The notes under the pieces are model-generated. The model ran no database searches, was not told the origin of the DNA, and saw nothing but the letters and a program-made list of their open reading frames with translations. From Macrostomum hystrix (Eukaryota > Animalia > Platyhelminthes), in assembly GCA_950097015.1 (NCBI GenBank), contig CATNEN010000001.1:24862001-24926000 (forward strand): 64,000 bases of DNA. The letters run 5' to 3'. Within the stretch, counting starts at the first letter, position 1; each line of letters starts with the position of its first letter. Position numbers and translations under genes: made by a program. This document shows, piece by piece, positions 46,601-59,061 of this stretch.

Positions 46601-48316
46601 CGGCGAGAGACCGTGGCGCCGGCAGCAAGTTCAGGCCGTACTCGCTGATTGAAGAGACAGTTCCTGAGAACAGAAGCTGCTCAGATGCGGGAATTCCCAC
46701 ACACTGGTGCTCTTGTCTGAGCGCTACTCGGCTGGAGAATCCCGCTTCTCACCAGCTGGCCTTGCGGGCTGCTCAGTTCGCAGTGAAGCAGATAAACTTG
46801 GCCACCAAGGCCTTCCGGAACCTCTGCGCTGAGCTGCGACTCGACAGCATTGTCGAGGCTGAGATCAGCCTGGTGAGTTTGCAACGCCTTCCACCCTGTA
46901 GAATATGTTGCTCTGTTTAGTACACTTCAGGCGAACGTTCTTGAGGCACATGGCATTAACAGTAGAAAGCACACGCTATTTTCCCACGGGGATATTTCTA
47001 AATTAGTCACTTGTAATGGTTGGTTTTTATAATCTGTTTTAGGCCTTAGATTATTTGATTCTTTTTCACAGTTTTCAAGTCGGCGGTTAAACACCAGTTG
47101 CGTTTGTTGCGTGGGGTTTTAGGGTTTCAGTTGTTACTTTGGTTCAGGTACAACTTTAGGGCTATAAATATTTTCGGGGAATGGTGCGAAGTCTGAGAAG
47201 TAATCATGAAGCTCATTAACAGCAGGACTACCAAGCCATTTTGCCGTCCATTTTTATAACAAGGGGGGTAATTCTTCCCCGCTGAATTTTTTCGGCAGCG
47301 CCTGAATGCTAGCAGCGTTGGGTGGTGACTGATTGGTTGACAGACAGGACGATGGTGTACTGTGGTTGAACTGCGCCTAATATTTAGGCTTGATCAGTGA
47401 AATTAAAGAAATTCTCGTCAGGGCGTCCATAGTGGCCTATTTCCACCTTTTGTAGCCCTTGAAGGTCCTGCAAATCCGTCTAGATGAAGATAGGTTGACT
47501 ACCGAAGATGGAGATGATGCAGGCACATTCGGGTGACATGACGATAAAGTTTGAAGGCCAGCCAAGGCCGCACTGGCTTGGCGCACTGAGGCGCCAAGTG
47601 CGGCGCACTAAGGCCGCACTGAGGCGCAGTGCCAATTTGTGTTTATGGGTGTAGGAAAAAACAATACTAGTATATTAATTGAAAAAATCTGACCTTTGGC
47701 CAGAAACAATAAATATCTGGACGGTCTGAAGAGCTGGCGACTTGATTCTTGTTTCAGAAGATGAGCAACAAAAATTTGGTCCGTGTTCTTGAGTTTCGTG
47801 TGTTTGAGTTGCTCCGTTCGGGTGCAGCACACCCGAAATTCTTAAATTGCACTTAGGAAAATAAGAGATAAAGAAAAAGGACAATGTGCGTATTTGAAAT
47901 ACACCCGCAGTATTTCCACTGTTAAAGTCAAAATCATGACCCACTCATCTTAGGCCAGTCTCGATTTGTCCCAGCGAGAGCGCCGCACTGATGCCGCCTT
48001 CGCCTACAATGTGGAAGTCAAGAGCCTGGTGACATCTGGCTACATCACCACTCGGCTCTTCACCAAACCCAACGACGGACTCTACGAGGCCACCCTGCTA
48101 TTCGCCCTGTACAACAACACGGCTGCTGCTGCTGCCGCTGCTGCTGCTAGATTGAAGAAAACAAAAACAAAGACTGTCGAAATGCCGAAAGACTACGAGC
48201 TGAAACTGTCCATTGTTGGGGAGATCTCCAGAACCAACAGGTACGGCGGAGCGGCCGACTGCATAGTCGAGAAGATGCCCAGTCTGAGAAAGTTCTGCTT
48301 TTGCAAAAGCGCTTAA
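43664..48316 (+). CDS. DUF229 family type II membrane protein B; exons 43664-43923, 45266-45960, 46088-46872, 47954-48316
   Basis: Same motifs and intron positions/phases as copy A; N-terminal TM (IVCYCLLLLFAAAAVL); C-terminus SRTNRYG...LRKFCFC. Confidence 0.85.
43940..44705. repeat. Compound minisatellite (GTCAGTCTGTTATGTCTT variants) in DUF229-B intron 1
   Basis: Tandem degenerate units; source of the periodic ORFs 43908-44760. Confidence 0.93.
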
Positions 48317-48572
48317 CAGGATTTGCATATGGATCTTGGCAATGAAAAATTGCATTTAAACGTTAATTGTCTTCTTCGAAATTCATAGAAATTTTTTCTT
48401 TAAGGAACTAGGAATTTGCTTGCTTAATTTTTGCTTCCATCTTATTTATGTCTGATTGACTGATTATAGATTTGTTGCATGCTTCAGATTTTTAATCTAG
48501 TGCCTTCAATTTAAAGCTGTGAAGTAGGCCTATAATACATAAAAATAATTGATTACACCTGCCTTGATTGGA

Positions 48573-48822
48573 ACCGACAGCACAGCCGCAGCCATTGCGT
48601 GGCGCATCTGAAGGCTGCTAACGACTATTCAGTCCATGGACTGGGGGACGCCACACCCACACTCAATTTCCTCAACTGATGCTGGTACCCATTTAACAGC
48701 TAGGTGAACTGAGTCAAGTGTCTTGCTAGTGGACGCAATTATTTCCACTGGAGCTAGGAATCGAACCCCCGACCTTCAAGTCGCAAGTTCGACGCTCTGA
48801 CCATTAAGGCTGCCAGCCCTAC
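48573..48822 (-). mobile_element. tRNA-derived SINE (family A)
   Basis: Homologous to the 24097 and 40817 copies. Confidence 0.75.
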
Positions 48823-51184
48823 AAGGCTGGGGGCTTGTTATGTAATTTTCGCCCTTGAGGGCCAATCTCCAAGGAACAGTGTGATTTTGCACTGCCTGGC
48901 GATAAGAAAGTCACACCTGTACACACCTGTGTGAGTGCGTGCCCGCGTACATTGTCTGTGTGCGCGTGTGCTCAGCCATGGAGCTCTGAATCTAGAAACT
49001 GGAGAGACAACTCACCCCAACCCCCCCCCATTTTCCGGACAAGTATGGGCTGACTGGCTGGCCCTAAAAATACACTAAGCAGATAGGAAATTCTGATGCA
49101 CTACTTGGACAAAAACACTTATGACTACCGTATCGTGAAACATATTTTCTAGATGTTTGTTTCATTAGAAAGCTAAACAAATTCTCTGTGCCATTGCCCA
49201 CAGCCCTCCTACAATAATAATTATTATCCCGGTACATGTCGACAAGCTAATTAGCAAACTAGGAGCTGGTTAGGGCTTCGGACTTCTGATCGAGAGGTCG
49301 CGGGTTCGCCCCATGGGAAACAATTCCTTGTGGAGATTTGTTTAGCCTTGGCGGCTATTTCACATGTCCATGGACCGAAAAGCTGTATACAGTTTTTAGA
49401 TGCAACACGCTGTGGCACTAGCTGTACATCTGGTCCAGTAGGTCAAAGCGTCCCACTCGAAAGCACCCAAGCTATCACCAAAATTGGTAGCCAGAAGCAA
49501 TTTCTATGTGTGCAGCCATATGTGCAGACAAATATACAGTCTATAAGACACGCGAGTACTAACGGAAGCAGTTTAGAAGGCTTTGGAGAACTTTGGCCCC
49601 TTATCAGCTACGTGTGCACGAGGCCAAGTTGAAACTACAGCTTGTGTGAGTACCGCACTCAACTGCTCACAGATAACAGCAGGCTACATGCCGATAAGAA
49701 TTGTTGGCCTCAGAAACTTTTAAGAAAGCTTGTTTAACGAGATATTACAGAAAATTATTTCTCAACATGGGATAGCAAAAAAACAAGCAATGAGAAGTAG
49801 ATTGGGATCTGAGAAATGGGAGGTCCCCATCCACTCGACAGAGAACTAGGAAGAGGGATTGGAGAACTGGGGAGTGTATGGGAGAACTGGGAAGTGGATG
49901 GGAGAACTGGGGAGTGGATCGGAGAACTGGGAAGTGGATGGGAGAACTGGGGAGTGGATGGGAGAACTGGGAAATGGATGGGAGAACTGGGGAGTGGATG
50001 GGAGAACTGGGGAGTGGATGGGAGAACTGGGGGAGTGGATAGGAAAACGGGGGAGTGGATGGGAGAACTGGGGAGTGGATGGGAGAACGGGGGAGTGGAT
50101 GGGAGAACTGGGGAGTGAATGGGATAATTGGGGAGTGGATGGGAGAATGGGGGGAGTGGATGGGAGAACCCGAGTGGATGGGAGAACTGGAAAGTGGATG
50201 GGAGAACTGGGAAATGGATGGGAGAACTGGGGAGTGGATGGGAGAACTGGGGGAGTGGATAGGAAAACGGGGGAGTGGATGGGAGAACTGGGGTGTGGAT
50301 GGGAGAACGGGGGAGTGGATGGGAGAACTGGGGAGTGAATGGGATAACTGGGGAGTGGATGGGAGAATGGGGGGAGTGGATAGGAGAACCCGAGTGGATG
50401 GGAGAACTGGAAAGTGGATGGGAGAACTGGGGAGTGAATGGGATAACTGGGGAGTGGATGGGAGAATGGGGGGAGTGGATGGGAGAACCCGAGTGGATGG
50501 GAGAACTGGAAAGTGGATGGGAGAACTGGGGAGTGGATGGGAGAACTGGGAAGAGGATGTAAGAACTGAGGAGTGGATGGGAGAACCCGAGTGGATGGGA
50601 GGACTGGTGAGTGGATAGGAGAACTGGGAAGGGGATGGGAGAACTAGGGAGTGGATGGGAGAACTGGGAAGAGGATGTAAGAACTGAGGAGTGGATGGGA
50701 GAACCCGAGTGGATGGGAGAACCCGAGTGGATGGGAGGACTGGTGAGTGGATAGGAGAGCTGGGAAGGGGATGGGAGAACTAGGGAGTGGATGGGAGAAC
50801 TGGGAAGAGGATGTAAGAACTGAGGATTGGATGGGAGAACCCGAGTGGATGGGAGAACTGGGGAGTGGATGGGAGAATGGGGGGAGTGGATGGGAGAACC
50901 CGAGTGGATGGGAGAACTGGAAAGTGGATGGGAGAACTGGGGAGTGAATGGGATAACTGGGGAGTGGATGGGAGAATGGGGGGAGTGGATGGGAGAACCC
51001 GAGTGGATGGGAGAACTGGAAAGTGGATGGGAGAACTGGGGAGTGGATGGGAGAACTGGGAAGAGGATGTAAGAACTGAGGAGTGGATGGGAGAACCCGA
51101 GTGGATGGGAGGACTGGTGAGTGGATAGGAGAACTGGGAAGGGGATGGGAGAACTAGGGAGTGGATGGGAGAACTAGGGAGTGG

Positions 51185-52217
51185 TGTAGAATGCAGAATT
51201 ACGGTAATATTTATTTTAACCAATCATGCGCTAACTACTCTACTCATCCGCTTAGTAGTATTTTTAGAAAATGCGAACTAAAAACATACAAGTGCAGCAT
51301 GTGATTCATTTCACCAAAAAAGGAGAAACGAATCAATAAAAAGTCATGTGGCTACTATTTATAGTACGAGTATCAAATCAATTTTTGTCATAAGCAACCA
51401 ACAATCCCACCAATCACGTTGCCCAAAGTCAAACAAAAGGTCAAGAAAGCGATAATATATATTTTTGCGCTTCTACTAGTTTAGTTGTAAAAAGTCCATC
51501 CACTCAAGTTGTCAAGCGTTGACCCAGACTTTTTGACACCAGTTTGACACCTGTACTTTGAACGCAATCATCGAACCCGAGAGGGTCCGAATCTCTATTA
51601 ATACAAGAACTCCGAAGCGAGCCCAGATTCAGAGTCTCGCCGAGAAGAGAAAACGGAGAGAAATCTGAAGAGTATCGGACTCTAGGTCCAAGACTTGTGG
51701 TAGAGTTCCTTGAGTTATCCTAATTAATTATTTATTAATTAGAAGTCTTTTATTGAGCTAAGTCAAACCTCTCCAAGAAATCGTTAAATCAACGATTAAA
51801 TCATAATCACAGACGTGTGATAACATTGATTGTACTACAAAGGGTGAGCGCCAGACCCGTGGTAGAACCTACCAGGGCTGGTAAGCAGGAGCACACTCCA
51901 CAAGTGACTGTTGGTTAACCGGCATCAACGACAAATCGGAGACACTCCACCGAATTTCTATTGGTTCATCTTAACCGCAACCGAAGAAAAGAGAATACAT
52001 TAACTCTTCTTGTATTCGACGATCCAGGTACACGAAGGGCAACCAGACGCCAAGCGCATCCGAGAAATTCAAAGGCTGCAGCAACCGAAGAGGACTAGCA
52101 ACTCAAACAAAAGGAAGGTAAGATCTACAACTTCTACTCATTGCGTAATTGTTACTGGGCCACCCAGCAGTTGCTGGAAGTGTTAAATTCCTTGCACCAA
52201 GAGTAAGGAATTCATCA
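51185..52217. mobile_element. Solo LTR copy 1 (Ty3/gypsy-like, 4-bp TSD)
   Basis: TGTAGAAT...ATTCATCA termini with GTGG on both sides; TATA-like and AATAAA motifs; no ORF. Confidence 0.7.
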
Positions 52218-52956
52218 GTGGATGGGAGAACTGGGGAGTGGATGGGAGAACTGGGGAGTGGATGGGAGAACTGGGGGAGTGGATGGGAGAACTGGGGGAG
52301 TGGATGGGAGAACTGGGGAGTGGATGGGAGAACTGGGGAGTGGTTGGGGAGAACTGGGGGAGTGGATGGGAGAACTGGGGAGTGGATGGGAGAATGGGGG
52401 GAGTGGATGGGAGAACCCGAGTGGATGGGAGAACTGGGGAGTGGATGGGAGAACTGGGGAGTGGATGGGAGAACTGGGAAGAGGATGTAAGAACTGAGGA
52501 GTGGATGGGAGAACCCGAGTGGATGGGAGGACTGGGAAGGGGATGGGAGAACTGGAAAGTGGATGGGAGAACTGGGGAGTGGATGGGAGAACTGGGAAGA
52601 GGATGTAAGAACTGAGGAGTGGATGGGAGAACCCGAGTGGATGGGAGGACTGGGAAGGGGATGGGAGAACTGGGAAGGGGATGGGAGAACTGGGGAGTGG
52701 ATGGGAGAACTGGGAAGAGGATGTAAGAACTGAGGAGTGGATGGGAGAACCCGAGTGGATGGGAGGACTGGGAAGGGGATGGGAGAACTGGGAAGGGGAT
52801 GGGAGAACTGGGGAGTGGATGGGAGAACTGGGAAGAGGATGTAAGAACTGAGGAGTGGATGGGAGAACCCGAGTGGATGGGAGAACTAGGGAGTGGATGG
52901 GAGAACTGGGAAGAGGATGTAAGAACTGAGGAGTGGATGGGAGAACTAGGGAGTGG

Positions 52957-53990
52957 TGTAGAATGCAGAATTACGGTAATATTTATTTTAACCAATCATG
53001 CGCTAACTACTCTACTCATCCGCTTAGTAGTATTTTTAGAAAATGCGAACTAAAAAACATACAAGTGCAGCATGTGATTCATTTCACCAAAAAAGGAGAA
53101 ACGAATCAATAAAAAGTCATGTGACTACTATTTATAGTACGAGTATCAAATCAATTTTTGTCATAAGCAACCAACAATCCCACCAATCACGTTGCCCAAA
53201 GTCAAACAAAAGGTCAAGAAAGCGATAATATATCTTTTTGCGCTTCTACTAGTTTAGTTGCAAAAAGTCCATCCACTCAAGTTGTCAAGCGTTGACCCAG
53301 ACTTTTTGACACCAGTTTGACACCTGTACTTTGAACGCAATCATCGAACCCGAGAGGGTCCGAATCTCTATTAATACAAGAACTCCGAAGCGAGCCCAGA
53401 TTCAGAGTCTCGCCGAGAAGAGAAAACGGAGAGAAATCTGAAGAGTATCGGACTCTAGTTCCAAGACTTGTGGTAGAGTTCCTTGAGTTATCCTAATTAA
53501 TTATTTATTAATTAGAAGTCTTTTATTGAGCTAAGTCAAACCTCTCCTAGAAATCGTTAAATCAACGATTAAATCATAATCACAGACGTGTGATAACATT
53601 GATTGTACTACAAAGGGTGAGCGCCAGACCCGTGGTAGAACCTACCAGGGCTGGTAAGCAGGAGCACACTCCACAAGTGACTGTTGGTTAACCGGCATCA
53701 ACGACAAATCGGAGACACTCCACCGAATTTCTATTGGTTCATCTTAACCGCAACCGAAGAAAAGAGAATACATTAACTCTTCTTGTATTCGACGATCCAG
53801 GTACACGAAGGGCAACCAGACGCCAAGCGCATCCGAGAAATTCAAAGGCTGCAGCAACCGAAGAGGACTAGCAACTCAAACAAAAGGAAGGTAAGATCTA
53901 CAACTTCTACTCATTGCGTAATTGTTACTGGGCCACCCAGCAGTTGCTCGAAGTGTTAAATTCCTTGCACCAAGAGTAAGGAATTCATCA
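52957..53990. mobile_element. Solo LTR copy 2
   Basis: Near-identical to copy 1 with the same GTGG flanks. Confidence 0.7.
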
Positions 53991-55521
53991 GTGGATGGGA
54001 GAACTGGGGAGTGGATGGGGAGAACTGGGGAGTGGATGGGAGAACTGGGGAGTCGTTGGGAGAGCCCGAGTGGATAGGAGATCTGGGAAGTGGTTGAGAT
54101 AACTGGGGAGTGGATGGGATAACTGGGGAGTGGATGGGATAACTGGGGAGTGGATGGGATAACTGGGGAGTGGATGGGGAGAACTGGGGGAGTGGATGGG
54201 AGAACTGGGGGAGTGGATGGGAGAACTGGGGAGTGGTTGGGGAGAACTGGGGAGTGGATGGGAGAACTGGGGAGTGGTTGGGAGAGCCCGAGTGGATAGG
54301 AGATCTGGGAAGTGGTTGAGATAACTGGGGAGTGGATGGGATAACTGGGGAGTGGATGGGATAACTGGGGAGTGGATGGGATAACTGGGGAGTGGATGGG
54401 ATAACTGGGGAGTGGATGGGATAACTGGGAAGTGGATGGGAGAATGGGGGGAGTGGATGGGAGAACCCGAGTGGATGGGAGAACTGGAAAGTGGATGGGA
54501 GAACTGGGAAATGGATGGGAGAACTGGGGAGTGGATGGGAGAACTGGGGGAGTGGATAGGAAAACGGGGGAGTGGATGGGAGAACTGGGGTGTGGATGGG
54601 AGAACGGGGGAGTGGATGGGAGAACTGGGGTGTGGATGGGAGAACGGGGGAGTGGATGGGAGAACTGGGGAGTGAATGGGATAACTGGGGAGTGGATGGG
54701 AGAATGGGGGGAGTGGATAGGAGAACCCGAGTGGATGGGAGAACTGGAAAGTGGATGGGAGAACTGGGGAGTGAATGGGATAACTGGGGAGTGGATGGGA
54801 GAATGGGGGGAGTGGATGGGAGAACCCGAGTGGATGGGAGAACTGGAAAGTGGATGGGAGAACTGGGGAGTGGATGGGAGAACTGGGAAGAGGATGTAAG
54901 AACTGAGGAGTGGATGGGAGAACCCGAGTGGATGGGAGGACTGGTGAGTGGATAGGAGAACTGGGAAGGGGATGGGAGAACTAGGGAGTGGATGGGAGAA
55001 CTGGGAAGAGGATGTAAGAACTGAGGAGTGGATGGGAGAACCCGAGTGGATGGGAGAACCCGAGTGGATGGGAGGACTGGTGAGTGGATAGGAGAGCTGG
55101 GAAGGGGATGGGAGAACTAGGGAGTGGATGGGAGAACTGGGAAGAGGATGTAAGAACTGAGGATTGGATGGGAGAACCCGAGTGGATGGGAGAACTGGGG
55201 AGTGGATGGGAGAATGGGGGGAGTGGATGGGAGAACCCGAGTGGATGGGAGAACTGGAAAGTGGATGGGAGAACTGGGGAGTGAATGGGATAACTGGGGA
55301 GTGGATGGGAGAATGGGGGGAGTGGATGGGAGAACCCGAGTGGATGGGAGAACTGGAAAGTGGATGGGAGAACTGGGGAGTGGATGGGAGAACTGGGAAG
55401 AGGATGTAAGAACTGAGGAGTGGATGGGAGAACCCGAGTGGATGGGAGGACTGGTGAGTGGATAGGAGAACTGGGAAGGGGATGGGAGAACTAGGGAGTG
55501 GATGGGAGAACTAGGGAGTGG

Positions 55522-56559
55522 TGTAGAATGCAGAATTACGGTAATATTTATTTTAACCAATCATGCGCTAACTACTCTACTCATCCGCTTAGTAGTATTT
55601 TTAGAAAATGCGAACTAAAAAACATACAAGTACAGCATGTGATTCATTTCACCAAAAAAGGAGAAACGAATCAATAAAAAGTCATGTGGCTACTATTAAT
55701 AGTACGAGTATCAAATCAATTTTTGTCATAAGCAACCAACAATCCCACCAATCATGTTGCCCAAAGTCAAACAAAAGGTCAAGAAAGCGATAATATATAT
55801 TTTTGCGCTTCTACTAGTTTAGTTGTAAAAAGTCTATCCACTCAAGTTGTCAAGCGTTGTTGACCCAGACTTTTTGACACCAGTTTGACACCTGTACTTT
55901 GAACACACTCATCGAACCCGAGAGGGTCCGAATCTCTATAAATACAAGAGCTCCGAGGCGAACCCAGATTCAGAGTCTCGCCGAGAAGAGAAAACGGAGA
56001 GAAATCTGAAGAGTATCGGACTCTAGTTCCAAGACTTGTGGTAAGAGTTCCTTGAGTTATCCTAATTAATTATTTATTAATTAGAAGTCTTTTATTGAGC
56101 TGAGTCAAACCTCTCCAAGAAATCGTTAAATCAACGATTAAATCATAATCACAGACGTGTGATAACATTGATTGTACTACAAAGGGTGAGCGCCAGACCC
56201 GTGGTAGAACCTACCAGGGCTGGTAAGCAGGAGCACACTCCACAAGTGACTGTTGGTTAACCGGCATCAACGACAAATCGGAGACACTCCACCGAATTTC
56301 TATTGGTTCATCTTAACCGCAACCGAAGAAAAGAGAATACATTAACTCTTCTTGTATTCGACGATCCAGGTACACGAAGGGCAACCAGACGCCAAGCGCA
56401 TCCGAGAAATTCAAAGGCTGCAGCAACCGAAGAGGACTAGCAACTCAAACAAAAGGAAGGTAAGATCTACAACTTCTACTCATTGCGTAATTGTTACTGG
56501 GGCACCCAGCAGTTGCTCGAAGTGTTAAATTCCTTGCACCAAGAGTAAGGAATTCATCA
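55522..56559. mobile_element. Solo LTR copy 3
   Basis: Near-identical, with a few more SNPs/indels and the same flanks. Confidence 0.7.
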
Positions 56560-58014
56560 GTGGATGGGAGAACTGGGGAGTGGATGGGAGAACTGGGGAG
56601 TGGATGGGAGAACTGGGGAGTGGATAGGAGAACTGGGGAGTGGATAGGAGAACTGGGAAGTGGTTGAGATAACTGGGGAGTGGATGGGGAGAACTGGGGA
56701 GTGGATGGGAGAACTGGGGAGTCGTTGGGAGAGCCCGAGTGGATAGGAGATCTGGGAAGTGGTTGAGATAACTGGGGAGTGGATGGGATAACTGGGGAGT
56801 GGATGGGATAACTGGGGAGTGGATGGGATAACTGGGGAGTGGATGGGATAACTGGGGAGTGGATGGGGAGAACTGGGGGAGTGGATGGGAGAACTGGGGG
56901 AGTGGATGGGAGAACTGGGGAGTGGTTGGGGAGAACTGGGGAGTGGATGGGAGAACTGGGGAGTGGTTGGGAGAGCCCGAGTGGATAGGAGATCTGGGAA
57001 GTGGTTGAGATAACTGGGGAGTGGATGGGATAACTGGGGAGTGGATGGGATAACTGGGGAGTGGATGGGATAACTGGGGAGTGGATGGGATAACTGGGGA
57101 GTGGATGGGATAACTAGGGAGTGGATGGGATAACTAGGGAGTGGATGGGGAGAACTGGGGGAGTGGATGGGAGAACTGGGGAGTGGATGGGAGAACTGGG
57201 GAGTGGATGGGGAGAACTGGGGAGTGGTTGGGAGAGCCCGAGTGGATAGGAGATCTGGGAAGTGGTTGAGATAACTGGGGAGTGGATGGGATAACTGGGG
57301 AGTGGATGGGATAACTGGGGAGTGGATGGGATAACTGGGGAGTGGATGGGATAACTGGGGAGTGGATGGGATAACTAGGGAGTGGATGGGATAACTAGGG
57401 AGTGGATGGGGAGAACTGGGGGAGTGGATGGGAGAACTGGGGAGTGGATGGGAGAACTGGGGAGTGGATGGGAGAACTGGGGAGTGGATGGGAGAACTGG
57501 GGAGTGGATGGGGAGAACTGGGGAGTGGATGGGAGAACTGGAGAGCGGATGGGATAACTGGGGAGTGGATGGGATAATTGGGGATGGGATGGAAGAACTG
57601 GAAAGAATGACAAACGGGAAGATATTGCTGATGGGATTGGGAGAATGACTTACGGATTAGAAAAATGTGTTGGGATTGGGAAAATGCGAAGGGATTGGGA
57701 GAATAGGGAGGGGACGCCAGGATGGAATCATAGCATTATAATTCTCACAAAGGATCACGGTGCATTTAGCACAGTTTTCTCATCAGGGTCAGATATACAG
57801 GACGTGGCTAAAATCGCAGGTGAAATGGGACTTCACTGTCATTCGTGAATTTGTCAGTGAGCTGTGAGCAGCTGCTAGCCAGCCCGAGCAACACAACTTT
57901 TTCCTGCCGCAGAGCGCTAAAGTACATCGGTACGAATAGCTAATAAATTCCCACGAGCCCACATGACAGCTGCACAATGGACGCTGGCGAAAACCGAAGG
58001 TAAGATCAGATGTG

Positions 58015-58230
58015 CAGCCGACAGCACAGCTGCAGCTATTGCGCGGCGCATCTGAAGTCTGCGTACGGCTGTTCAGTCCATGGACTGGAGGGACGCCAAA
58101 CCCCACCCTCGGTTAGTTAAGTTTAAGTGCCTTGCTAAAGGACAGAAATTGCTACCGTGGAGTCAGAAATCGAACCCCCGACCTTTAAGTCAAGCGTTCG
58201 ACGCTCTAACCGCCTGGCTACAAACCCTTC
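58015..58230 (-). mobile_element. tRNA-derived SINE (family A), internally deleted
   Basis: Head and tail match the other copies; most of the central domain is missing. Confidence 0.7.
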
Positions 58231-58664
58231 ACCTCAAAGCTGGCTCAAAGCTTCACCAAATTAACGAGTCAGCCAACTGACTGATACTCAAAGAAGTAAA
58301 AAAAGCGTTATTACTACTGTAATGTTTAAACTAGAGGAGTAGTGCATTTGCGCATAGTAAGAGAAGAAATGCAAGTGCGATTTTAATTCAAGAGTTGATT
58401 CGATGCTAACAGAAGCAAGTAGCTAATTCGGAAAACAGTACAGAGCGGGAGTCAGAAGTTCGAGGGGTTCGCGTGTTGTAACATAAGGAATTTGTCTTGG
58501 GACTAACACTGGCCTGCTGTGTGAGTGCCAGCAACTCGAGAGGTCAATGTACATTGCAGATATGGGCAAGATAGTATGAAATTAAATAATCAAAAATCAA
58601 AATAAAAAAAATTTTTTTGACGCCTACTAGAAAGTAGTGTAGATTGTATGTGAAACATAACAAT

Positions 58665-58912
58665 ACAGCTAGCAACTCCCATAACAACGGCATAGCAACT
58701 CGTAGCAAATGCCATAGCAACGGTATGGCAACGGCTTAGCAACGCTAGCAAATGCCATAGCAACGGCTTAGCAACTCCCAAAGCAACAGCTTAGCATCTC
58801 CCATAGCAACGGCTTAGTAACCAACATAGCAACTCCCATAGCAATAGCTTAGCATCTCCCATAGCAACAGCTTAGCAACTCTCAAAGCAAAAGCTTGAAA
58901 ACTACCATAGCG
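58665..58912. repeat. Degenerate (CATAGCAAC/CTTAGCAAC) tandem repeat
   Basis: Recurrent TAGCAAC motifs at 10-12 bp spacing. Confidence 0.75.
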
Positions 58913-59061
58913 ACAAAATTATGCAATAATAACTTGCTGTGTCAAAAAAGTCAGCTGCATCACAGCCACTCTGAAAAGCCATTAAACATGCCTACTAGAC
59001 TACTAGGTGAGTAGTGTAACTAGCAAGTCTAGAATATGAAGCGATGAGTTCAGTTGTGCCT

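Larger units (their letters stand above)
49845..57640. repeat. G-rich 20-bp minisatellite (GGAGTGGATGGGAGAACTGG) with higher-order duplications, interrupted by three LTR copies
   Basis: A long array of variant units; blocks of about 50140-51184 and 54440-55521 repeat each other. Confidence 0.95.

Noticed and set aside
49255-49320. tRNA-like sequence (also 22433 and 27133)
   Set aside because: A/B boxes are present but no complete cloverleaf; treated as SINE heads, not tRNA genes.
52180-52219. Minus-strand CTGATGA followed by a 7-bp hairpin (ATTCCTT/AAGGAAT) at the LTR end, resembling a hammerhead or C box
   Set aside because: GAAA is replaced by TTAA, there is no nearby D box, and the leading C comes from the TSD.
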